In this document: positions 13,986-26,700 of the stretch, piece by piece
How the letters are laid out: every line of letters starts with the position of its first letter
Numbering within the stretch: position 1 is the stretch's first letter
NCBI GenBank assembly: GCA_965235115.1
Contig: OZ249436.1
Coordinates: 25,546,001 to 25,610,000 of the forward strand
Source: Laetmonice hystrix
Taxonomy: Eukaryota
Length of the DNA: 64,000 nucleotides
Direction of reading: 5' to 3'
The notes under the pieces: model-generated
Seen by the model: the letters and a program-made list of their open reading frames with translations, nothing else
The model's database searches: none
Told to the model about the DNA's origin: nothing
Translations under genes and position numbers: made by a program

Positions 13986-14724
13986 AAATCCGAGCTCGGC
14001 GCCAAAGAGCCGGGATCATTTATGGAGGAGAAACGAGGGGTTTGCGTAGGTATATTAGTATAGGTACTCGCACATATGTATCTAGGACCCATGTCGTGTG
14101 CTCAGTATGTATTGTCGAGGTAATGTAAACAATAGCTGTACTCCCGTTAACCACCATCTTGGTTCTCGCCTCTCGCGCGGTCTGGGTCGGAAATGACGAA
14201 GGCGACTTGGGAGACGATCCGGAGGGTATAAATACAACCGAGCAGAAGAGTCGAGTTCTCTACCTTTGGAAGCTTCGTGGAAATCAGACGGCCCACCTCC
14301 GCCCCGACTCCTCCATGTTTCAACGCCTTTGCCTGGTTTAAATTATGTTTTTATGTAGACCTACTGGGTTTGGCTTGGGGTCAGCATGGCTGCCCGAGTT
14401 CTTTTCTCAGTTTGGTTGGATAGGGATGTATTTGGGTTCCTGGATGTTGTGGGCATTGTCTCCACCTAATAAGGCATTACTATACCTATATCTATGTATT
14501 TTGGACTATGTATTTCCATATAATGTATTATCGGTTATGTATTATATTACTATAGTATTGTTATGTTGTTACATATATCAGTTACACCTTATATAGATTT
14601 ATCATTTACCATATTATAATGTTTGTAGAGTCCCCCATTGCATGGGGTGATCAACGGGTTACTATGTATGTGAATAAAATGTAACCTACAGCAAAGCATT
14701 CCCGTTCTCCGAGTTTGACTGCAT

Positions 14725-17700
14725 AAAAAACTTTCTACCCCGTTGCAAGTCACATTAGCTTGCTGCTTGTCGTAAAAAATGGTGCAGACCATTTCTAAAG
14801 TCACAGTACCCCACTCCCGGCCTAATATTACGTTTCAGTATCCATATACGCTGCAAGCGGCAGGAACTCGAATACAGGCCTAAAAGTAACCCCAGTCTAG
14901 CAATATCATACTCCCATGCCATATACGAGCTTGTAATTATCTTTAATTAATGGGCTCCGCAGCACCAACCCACTGCATTAACATTTGTTTAACAGCTTAA
15001 CGCACCTTGTAAAATTTGTTCAAGTGCGTAAAAATGCGTGTGCACCTCCACATACTTTAGAAATCACTATACCCACCCAGCGACATCCACTCTAATACAC
15101 GCCTAAAAGGAACTTCACTGTCCCATTTGATTCTCCAGCACGTATAGGATGTTTCAAGTAACATTCATCCACGGTCTGGCCCAATAACGTGCAACAAGGC
15201 ATAGTAAGTCAATGCGAGCTCGCATGTCAAACCTAACCCGCCCCCCAGCACATGAGCTGAAAATATTCAAATAGCTTGAAAACTAGAATATAGCTTTGCT
15301 TAATACCATTATACCATCAACTCGCATTACAGGCCTAATGCGAAGCTCCCAGCCTAAAACGAGTTTCCAATTAATTTAAAGTTAACAAGATGCACTAATA
15401 ATCGATTCCAAGCCTAATTAGGCCATTGCTAGTTGGATAACAAAATCTCATACAAAATACACCCTCCCGGCAGATGACCTGAGAATATTCAACTCTTATG
15501 TCCGATATATCCCTGTCCGCTTAGTAGCACCCAGCCGGGCCCCCATTTTGACATTGCAACACCAATACAGCAAGTGCCCAGCTAACAGCACAAATAACAG
15601 GATTCAGGGCTTCCTACCACGTTACAAGTCACAATAGATTGCTGCCTGTCGTAAAAATATACCAGACCATTTTAAAAAGTCACAGAACCCCAATCCGGCC
15701 CTAGTATGTCACTCCCAGTACCAATAGACGCTGGAAGCACCATCAACTGAAATTCAGGCCTAGAACCCACCTCTCTCTACCAATATCATGCACCTAGTCC
15801 GTATACGAGGTTGTAATTTACTTTAATCAACGGGCTGCGCCGCAGCAACCCACTCTGGTCTTTGCAATCTTTTTCAATATGCGTTAACATTTGTGACCAG
15901 CTCAACGCGCCTTGTAAAATTTTTCAAAGTGCGTAAAAGTGTGTGTCCACCCCGACACGCTTTCCAAACCACTATACCCACTGAGCGACATCCACTCAAA
16001 TACAGGCTTCGACCGATCCTCACTGTGCCAATAATCCGCCACAAGGCAAATTCAGTCAATGCAAGCTGGAAAATCGAATGTCAAACCTAATGCTCCCCCC
16101 CCCCCAGCACGTTAACTGAAAATAATCAACTAGCTTGAAAACTAGAATATAGCTTTGTTTAGCTAACAATCTACTCTCCCAGCGCCATCAACTCGCATAC
16201 AGGCGTAAAAGCAAACGCACTGCCCCATATAATGCTCCCAGCCTAAAACGATGTTGCAATTAATTTAAAATTAACAAGATGCACTAGTCATCCGATCCAA
16301 GCCTAATTACGTCATTGCTAGTTTCATAACCAAATCTCACAGAAAATACCCCACCCGGGCACATAACCTGAAAATATTCAACTTTTATCTCCAATGTATC
16401 CCTGTGCACCTAGTAGCACCCAAGCGAGCCCAATTTTGACATTCCAACACAAATGCCGCAAATACCCGCCTAATGGCACAAAAAACTTTCTACCCCGTTG
16501 CAAGTCACATTAGCTTGCTGCTTGTCGTAAAAAATGGTGCAGACCATTTCTAAAGTCACAGTACCCCACTCCCGGCCTAATATTACGTTTGAGTATCCAT
16601 ATACGCTGCAAGCGGCAGGAACTCGAATACAGGCCTAAAAGTAACCCCAGTCTAGCAATATCATACTCCCATGCCATATACGAGCTTGTAATTATCTTTA
16701 ATTAATGGGCTCCGCAGCACCAACCCACTGCATTAACATTTGTTTACCAGCTTAACGCACCTTGTAAAATTTTTTCAAGTGCGTAAAAATGCGTGTCCAC
16801 CTCCACATACTTTAAAAATCACTATACCCACCCAGCGACATCCACTCTAATACACGCCTAAAAGGAACTTCACTGTCCCATTTGATTCTCCAGCCCGTAT
16901 AGGATGTTTCAAGTAACATTCATCCACGGTCTGGCCCAATAACGTGCAACAAGGCATAGTAAGTCAATGCGAGCTCGCATGTCAAACCTAACCCGCCCCC
17001 CAGCACATGAGCTGAAAATATTCAAATAGCTTGAAAACTAGAATATAGCTTTGCTTAATACCATTATACCATCAACTCGCATTACAGGCCTAATGCGAAG
17101 CTCCCAGCCTAAAACGAGTTTCCAATTAATTTAAAGTTAACAAGATGCACTAATAATCGATTCCAAGCCTAATTAGGCCATTGCTAGTTGGATAACAAAA
17201 TCTCATACAAAATACACCCTCCCGGCAGATGACCTGAGAATATTCAACTCTTATGTCCGATATATCCCTGTCCGCTTAGTAGCACCCAGCCGGGCCCCCA
17301 TTTTGACATTGCAACACCAATACAGCAAGTGCCCAGCTAACAGCACAAATAACAGGATTCAGGGCTTCCTACCACGTTACAAGTCACAATAGATTGCTGC
17401 CTGTCGTAAAAATATACCAGACCATTTTAAAAAGTCACAGAACCCCAATCCGGCCCTAGTATGTCACTCCCAGTACCAATAGACGCTGGAAGCACCATCA
17501 ACTGAAATTCAGGCCTAGAACCCACCTCTCTCTACCAATATCATGCACCTAGTCCGTATACGAGGTTGTAATTTACTTTAATCAACGGGCTGCGCCGCAG
17601 CAACCCACTCTGGTCTTTGCAATCTTTTTCAATATGCGTTAACATTTGTGACCAGCTCAACGCGCCTTGTAAAATTTTTCAAAGTGCGTAAAAGTGTGTG

Positions 17701-20700
17701 TCCACCCCGACACGCTTTCCAAACCACTATACCCACCGAGCGACATCCACTCAAATACAGGCTTCAACCGATCCTCACTGTGCCAATAATCCGCCACAAG
17801 GCAAATTCAGTCAATGCAAGCTGGAAAATCGAATGTCAAACCTAATGCTCCCCCCCCCCAGCACGTTAACTGAAAATAATCAACTAGCTTGAAAACTAGA
17901 ATATAGCTTTGTTTAGGTAACAATCTACTCTCCCAGCGCCATCAACTCGCATACAGGCGTAAAAGCAAACGCACTGCCCCATATAATGCTCCCAGCCTAA
18001 AACGATGTTGCAATTAATTTAAAATTAACAAGATGCACTAGTCATCCGATCCAAGCCTAATTACGTCATTGCTAGTTTCATAACCAAATCTCACAGATAA
18101 TACCCCACCCGGGCACATAACCTGAAAATATTCAACTTTTATCTCCAATGTATCCCTGTGCACCTAGTAGCACCCAAGCGAGCCCAATTTTGACATTCCA
18201 ACACAAATGCCGCAAATACCCGCCTAATGGCACAAAAAACTTTCTACCCCGTTGCAAGTCACATTAGCTTGCTGCTTGTCGTAAAAAATGGTGCAGACCA
18301 TTTCTAAAGTCACAGTACCCCACTCCCGGCCTAATATTACGTTTCAGTATCCATATACGCTGCAAGCGGCAGGAACTCGAATACAGGCCTAAAAGTAACC
18401 CCAGTCTAGCAATATCATACTCCCATGCCATATACGAGCTTGTAATTATCTTTAATTAATGGGCTCCGCAGCACCAACCCACTGCATTAACATTTGTTTA
18501 ACAGCTTAACGCACCTTGTAAAATTTGTTCAAGTGCGTAAAAATGCGTGTGCACCTCCACATACTTTAGAAATCACTATACCCACCCAGCGACATCCACT
18601 CTAATACACGCCTAAAAGGAACTTCACTGTCCCATTTGATTCTCCAGCACGTATAGGATGTTTCAAGTAACATTCATCCACGGTCTGGCCCAATAACGTG
18701 CAACAAGGCATAGTAAGTCAATGCGAGCTCGCATGTCAAACCTAACCCGCCCCCCAGCACATGAGCTGAAAATATTCAAATAGCTTGAAAACTAGAATAT
18801 AGCTTTGCTTAATACCATTATACCATCAACTCGCATTACAGGCCTAATGCGAAGCTCCCAGCCTAAAACGAGTTTCCAATTAATTTAAAGTTAACAAGAT
18901 GCACTAATAATCGATTCCAAGCCTAATTAGGCCATTGCTAGTTGGATAACAAAATCTCATACAAAATACACCCTCCCGGCAGATGACCTGAGAATATTCA
19001 ACTCTTATGTCCGATATATCCCTGTCCGCTTAGTAGCACCCAGCCGGGCCCCCATTTTGACATTGCAACACCAATACAGCAAGTGCCCAGCTAACAGCAC
19101 AAATAACAGGATTCAGGGCTTCCTACCACGTTACAAGTCACAATAGATTGCTGCCTGTCGTAAAAATATACCAGACCATTTTAAAAAGTCACAGAACCCC
19201 AATCCGGCCCTAGTATGTCACTCCCAGTACCAATAGACGCTGGAAGCACCATCAACTGAAATTCAGGCCTAGAACCCACCTCTCTCTACCAATATCATGC
19301 ACCTAGTCCGTATACGAGGTTGTAATTTACTTTAATCAACGGGCTGTGCCGCAGCAACCCACTCTGGTCTTTGCAATCTTTTTCAATATGCGTTAACATT
19401 TGTGACCAGCTCAACGCGCCTTGTAAAATTTTTCAAAGTGCGTAAAAGTGTGTGTCCACCCCGACACGCTTTCCAAACCACTATACCCACTGAGCGACAT
19501 CCACTCAAATACAGGCTTCGACCGATCCTCACTGTGCCAATAATCCGCCACAAGGCAAATTCAGTCAATGCAAGCTGGAAAATCGAATGTCAAACCTAAT
19601 GCTCCCCCCCCCCCAGCACGTTAACTGAAAATAATCAACTAGCTTGAAAACTAGAATATAGCTTTGTTTAGCTAACAATCTACTCTCCCAGCGCCATCAA
19701 CTCGCATACAGGCGTAAAAGCAAACGCACTGCCCCATATAATGCTCCCAGCCTAAAACGATGTTGCAATTAATTTAAAATTAACAAGATGCACTAGTCAT
19801 CCGATCCAAGCCTAATTACGTCATTGCTAGTTTCATAACCAAATCTCACAGAAAATACCCCACCCGGGCACATAACCTGAAAATATTCAACTTTTATCTC
19901 CAATGTATCCCTGTGCACCTAGTAGCACCCAAGCGAGCCCAATTTTGACATTCCAACACAAATGCCGCAAATACCCGCCTAATGGCACAAAAAACTTTCT
20001 ACCCCGTTGCAAGTCACATTAGCTTGCTGCTTGTCGTAAAAAATGGTGCAGACCATTTCTAAAGTCACAGTACCCCACTCCCGGCCTAATATTACGTTTG
20101 AGTATCCATATACGCTGCAAGCGGCAGGAACTCGAATACAGGCCTAAAAGTAACCCCAGTCTAGCAATATCATACTCCCATGCCATATACGAGCTTGTAA
20201 TTATCTTTAATTAATGGGCTCCGCAGCACCAACCCACTGCATTAACATTTGTTTACCAGCTTAACGCACCTTGTAAAATTTTTTCAAGTGCGTAAAAATG
20301 CGTGTCCACCTCCACATACTTTAAAAATCACTATACCCACCCAGCGACATCCACTCTAATACACGCCTAAAAGGAACTTCACTGTCCCATTTGATTCTCC
20401 AGCCCGTATAGGATGTTTCAAGTAACATTCATCCACGGTCTGGCCCAATAACGTGCAACAAGGCATAGTAAGTCAATGCGAGCTCGCATGTCAAACCTAA
20501 CCCGCCCCCCAGCACATGAGCTGAAAATATTCAAATAGCTTGAAAACTAGAATATAGCTTTGCTTAATACCATTATACCATCAACTCGCATTACAGGCCT
20601 AATGCGAAGCTCCCAGCCTAAAACGAGTTTCCAATTAATTTAAAGTTAACAAGATGCACTAATAATCGATTCCAAGCCTAATTAGGCCATTGCTAGTTGG

Positions 20701-23700
20701 ATAACCAAATCTCATACAAAATACACCCTCCCGGCAGATGACCTGAGAATATTCAACTCTTATGTCCGATATATCCCTGTCCGCTTAGTAGCACCCAGCC
20801 GGGCCCCCATTTTGACATTGCAACACCAATACAGCAAGTGCCCAGCTAACAGCACAAATAACAGGATTCAGGGCTTCCTACCACGTTACAAGTCACAATA
20901 GATTGCTGCCTGTCGTAAAAATATACCAGACCATTTTAAAAAGTCACAGAACCCCAATCAGGCCCTAATATGTCACTCCCAGTACCAATAGACGCTGGAA
21001 GCACCATCAACTGAAATTCAGGCCTAGAACCCACCTCTCTCTACCAATATCATGCACCTAGTCCGTATACGAGGTTGTAATTTACTTTAATCAACGGGCT
21101 GCGCCGCAGCAACCCACTCTGGTCTTTGCAATCTTTTTCAATATGCGTTAACATTTGTGACCAGCTCAACGCGCCTTGTAAAATTTTTCAAAGTGCGTAA
21201 AAGTGTGTGTCCACCCCGACACGCTTTCCAAACCACTATACCCACCGAGCGACATCCACTCAAATACAGGCTTCAACCGATCCTCACTGTGCCAATAATC
21301 CGCCACAAGGCAAATTCAGTCAATGCAAGCTGGAAAATCGAATGTCAAACCTAATGCTCCCCCCCCCCAGCACGTTAACTGAAAATAATCAACTAGCTTG
21401 AAAACTAGAATATAGCTTTGTTTAGGTAACAATCTACTCTCCCAGCGCCATCAACTCGCATACAGGCGTAAAAGCAAACGCACTGCCCCATATAATGCTC
21501 CCAGCCTAAAACGATGTTGCAATTAATTTAAAATTAACAAGATGCACTAGTCATCCGATCCAAGCCTAATTACGTCATTGCTAGTTTCATAACCAAATCT
21601 CACAGATAATACCCCACCCGGGCACATAACCTGAAAATATTCAACTTTTATCTCCAATGTATCCCTGTGCACCTAGTAGCACCCAAGCGAGCCCAATTTT
21701 GACATTCGAACACAAATGCCGCAAATACCCGCCTAATGGCACAAAAAACTTTCTACCCCGTTGCAAGTCACATTAGCTTGCTGCTTGTCGTAAAAAATGG
21801 TGCAGACCATTTCTAAAGTCACAGTACCCCACTCCCGGCCTAATATTACGTTTGAGTATCCATATACGCTGCAAGCGGCAGGAACTCGAATACAGGCCTA
21901 AAAGTAACCCCAGTCTAGCAATATCATACTCCCATGCCATATACGAGCTTGTAATTATCTTTAATTAATGGGCTCCGCAGCACCAACCCACTGCATTAAC
22001 ATTTGTTTACCAGCTTAACGCACCTTGTAAAATTTTTTAAAGTGCGTAAAAATGCGTGTCCACCTCCACATACTTTAAAAATCACTATACCCACCCAGCG
22101 ACATCCACTCTAATACACGCCTAAAAGGAACTTCACTGTCCCATTTGATTCTCCAGCCCGTATAGGATGTTTCAAGTAACATTCATCCACGGTCTGGCCC
22201 AATAACGTGCAACAAGGCATAGTAAGTCAATGCGAGCTCGCATGTCAAACCTAACCCGCCCCCCAGCACATGAGCTGAAAATATTCAAATAGCTTGAAAA
22301 CTAGAATATAGCTTTGCTTAATACCATTATACCATCAACTCGCATTACAGGCCTAATGCGAAGCTCCCAGCCTAAAACGAGTTTCCAATTAATTTAAAGT
22401 TAACAAGATGCACTAATAATCGATTCCAAGCCTAATTAGGTAATTGCTAGTTGGATAACCAAATCTCATACAAAATACACCCTCCCGGCAGATGACCTGA
22501 GAATATTCAACTCTTATGTCCGATATATCCCTGTCCGCTTAGTAGCACCCAGCCGGGCCCCCATTTTGACATTGCAACACCAATACAGCAAGTGCCCAGC
22601 TAACAGCACAAATAACAGGATTCAGGGCTTCCTACCACGTTACAAGTCACAATAGATTGCTGCCTGTCGTAAAAATATACCAGACCATTTTAAAAAGTCA
22701 CAGAACCCCAATCCGGCCCTAATATGGCACTCCCAGTACCAATAGACGCTGGAAGCACCATCAACTGAAATTCAGGCCTAGAACCCACCTCTCTCTACCA
22801 ATATCATGCACCTAGTCCGTATACGAGGTTGTAATTTACTTTAATCAACGGGCTGCGCCGCAGCAACCCACTCTGGTCTTTGCAATCTTTTTCAATATGC
22901 GTTAACATTTGTGACCAGCTCAACGCGCCTTGTAAAATTTTTCAAAGTGCGTAAAAGTGTGTGTCCACCCCGACACGCTTTCCAAACCACTATACCCACC
23001 GAGCGACATCCACTCAAATACAGGCTTCGACCGATCCTCACTGTGCCAATAATCCGCCACAAGGCAAATTCAGTCAATGCAAGCTGGAAAATCGAATGTC
23101 ACACCTAATGCTTCCCCCCCCCCCCCCAGCACGTTAACTGAAAATAATCAACTAGCTTGAAAACTAGAATATAGCTTTGTTTAGCTAACAATCTACTCTC
23201 CCAGCGCCATCAACTCGCATACAGGCGTAAAAGCAAACGCACTGCCCCATATAATGCTCCCAGCCTAAAACGATGTTGCAATTAATTTAAAATTAACAAG
23301 ATGCACTAGTAATCCGATCCAAGCTTAATTACGTCATTGCTAGTTTCATAATCAAATCTCACAGAAAATACCCCACCCGGGCAGATAACCTGAAAATATT
23401 CAACTTTTATCTCCAATGTATCCCTGTGCACCTAGTAGCACACAAGCGGGCCCAATTTGACATTCCAACACAAATACCGCAAATACCCGCCTAATGGCAC
23501 AAAAAACTTTCTACCCCGTTGCAAGTCACATTAGCTTGCTGCTTGTCGTAAAAAATGGTGCAGACCATTTCTAAAGTCACAGTACCCCACTCCCGGCCTA
23601 ATATTACGTTTCAGTATCCATATACGCTGCAAGCGGCAGGAACTCGAATACAGGCCTAAAAGTAACCCCAGTCTAGCAATATCATACTCCCATGCCATAT

Positions 23701-26700
23701 ACGAGCTTGTAATTATCTTTAATTAATGGGCTCCGCAGCACCAACCCACTGCATTAACATTTGTTTAACAGCTTAACGCACCTTGTAAAATTTGTTCAAG
23801 TGCGTAAAAATGCGTGTCCACCTCCACATACTTTAAAAATCACTATACCCACCCAGCGACATCCACTCTAATACACGCCTAAAAGGAACTTCACTGTCCC
23901 ATTTGATTCTCCAGCACGTATAGGATGTTTCAAGTAACATTCATCCACGGTCTGGCCCAATAACGTGCAACAAGGAATAGTAAGTCAATGCGAGCTCGCA
24001 TGTCAAACCTAACCCGCCCCCCAGCACATGAGCTGAAAATATTCAAATAGCTTGAAAACTAGAATATAGCTTTGCTTAATACCATTATACCATCAACTCG
24101 CATTACAGGCCTAATGCGAAGCTCCCAGCCTAAAACGAGTTTCCAATTAATTTAAAGTTAACAAGATGCACTAATAATCGATTCCAAGCCTAATTAGGCC
24201 ATTGCTAGTTGGATAACAAAATCTCATACAAAATACACCCTCCCGGCAGATGACCTGAGAATATTCAACTCTTATGTCCGATATATCCCTGTCTGCTTAG
24301 TAGCACCCAGCCGGGCCCCCATTTTGACATTGCAACACCAATACAGCAAGTGCCCAGCTAACAGCACAAATAACAGGATTCAGGGCTTCCTACCACGTTA
24401 CAAGTCACAATAGATTGCTGCCTGTCGTAAAAATATACCAGACCATTTTAAAAAGTCACAGAACCCCAATCCGGCCCTAGTATGTCACTCCCAGTACCAA
24501 TAGACGCTGGAAGCACCATCAACTGAAATTCAGGCCTAGAACCCACCTCTCTCTACCAATATCATGCACCTAGTCCGTATACGAGGTTGTAATTTACTTT
24601 AATCAACGGGCTGCGCCGCAGCAACCCACTCTGGTCTTTGCAATCTTTTTCAATATGCGTTAACATTTGTGACCAGCTCAACGCGCCTTGTAAAATTTTT
24701 CAAAGTGCGTAAAAGTGTGTGTCCACCCCGACACGCTTTCCAAACCACTATACCCACCGAGCGACATCCACTCAAATACAGGCTTCGACCGATCCTCACT
24801 GTGCCAATAATCCGCCACAAGGCAAATTCAGTCAATGCAAGCTGGAAAATCGAATGTCAAACCTAATGCTCCCCCCCCAGCACGTTAACTGAAAATAATC
24901 AACTAGCTTGAAAACTAGAATATAGCTTTGTTTAGCTAACAATCTACTCTCCCAGCGCCATCAACTCGCATACAGGCGTAAAAGCAAACGCACTGCCCCA
25001 TATAATGCTCCCAGCCTAAAACGATGTTGCAATTAATTTAAAATTAACAAGATGCACTAGTAATCCGATCCAAGCTTAATTACGTCATTGCTAGTTTCAT
25101 AATCAAATCTCACAGAAAATACCCCACCCGGGCAGATAACCTGAAAATATTCAACTTTTATCTCCAATGTATCCCTGTGCACCTAGTAGCACACAAGCGG
25201 GCCCAATTTGACATTCCAACACAAATACCGCAAATACCCGCCTAATGGCACAAAAAACTTTCTACCCCGTTGCAAGTCACATTAGCTTGCTGCTTGTCGT
25301 AAAAAATGGTGCAGACCATTTCTAAAGTCACAGTATCCCACTCGTGGCCTAATATTACGTTTGAGTATCCATATACGCTGCAAGCGGCAGGAACTCGAAT
25401 ACAGGCCTAAAAGTAACCCCAGTCTAGCAATATCATACTCCCATGCCATATACGAGCTTGTAATTATCTTTAATTAATGGGCTCCGCAGCACCAACCCAC
25501 TGCATTAACATTTGTTTAACAGCTTAACGCACCTTGTAAAATTTGTTCAAGTGCGTAAAAATGCGTGTCCACCTCCACATACTTTAAAAATCACTATACC
25601 CACCCAGCGACATCCACTCTAATACACGCCTAAAAGGAACTTCACTGTCCCATTTGATTCTCCAGCACGTATAGGATGTTTCAAGTAACATTCATCCACG
25701 GTCTGGCCCAATAACGTGCAACAAGGAATAGTAAGTCAATGCGAGCTCGCATGTCAAACCTAACCCGCCCCCCAGCACATGAGCTGAAAATATTCAAATA
25801 GCTTGAAAACTAGAATATAGCTTTGCTTAATACCATTATACCATCAACTCGCATTACAGGCCTAATGCGAAGCTCCCAGCCTAAAACGAGTTTCCAATTA
25901 ATTTAAAGTTAACAAGATGCACTAATAATCGATTCCAAGCCTAATTAGGCCATTGCTAGTTGGATAACAAAATCTCATACAAAATACACCCTCCCGGCAG
26001 ATGACCTGAGAATATTCAACTCTTATGTCCGATATATCCCTGTCCGCTTAGTAGCACCCAGCCGGGCCCCCATTTTGACATTGCAACACCAATACAGCAA
26101 GTGCCCAGCTAACAGCACAAATAACAGGATTCAGGGCTTCCTACCACGTTACAAGTCACAATAGATTGCTGCCTGTCGTAAAAATATACCAGACCATTTT
26201 AAAAAGTCACAGAACCCCAATCCGGCCCTAGTATGTCACTCCCAGTACCAATAGACGCTGGAAGCACCATCAACTGAAATTCAGGCCTAGAACCCACCTC
26301 TCTCTACCAATATCATGCACCTAGTCCGTATACGAGGTTGTAATTTACTTTAATCAACGGGCTGCGCCGCAGCAACCCACTCTGGTCTTTGCAATCTTTT
26401 TCAATATGCGTTAACATTTGTGACCAGCTCAACGCGCCTTGTAAAATTTTTCAAAGTGCGTAAAAGTGTGTGTCCACCCCGACACGCTTTCCAAACCACT
26501 ATACCCACCGAGCGACATCCACTCAAATACAGGCTTCGACCGATCCTCACTGTGCCAATAATCCGCCACAAGGCAAATTCAGTCAATGCAAGCTGGAAAA
26601 TCGAATGTCAAACCTAATGCTCCCCCCCAGCACGTTAACTGAAAATAATCAACTAGCTTGAAAACTAGAATATAGCTTTGTTTAGCTAACAATCTACTCT

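Larger units (their letters stand above)
8510..14724 (+). mobile_element. Non-autonomous split-direct-repeat element 1 (PAT/Ngaro-like tyrosine-recombinase retroelement structure), 6215 bp
   Basis: A1 8510-8810 = A2 13989-14289 (301 bp); B1 13713-13985 = B2 14452-14724 (273 bp). B1 and A2 are joined through AAA (13986-13988). The satellite resumes in phase: TGGCAC-AAA | element | AAA-AAACTTTC. No long ORF. Confidence 0.8.

Noticed and set aside
8510..14724. Conventional LTR retrotransposon or TRIM/LARD
   Set aside because: The two ends are different repeats (A versus B), there are no TG...CA termini, and there is no 4-6-bp TSD.
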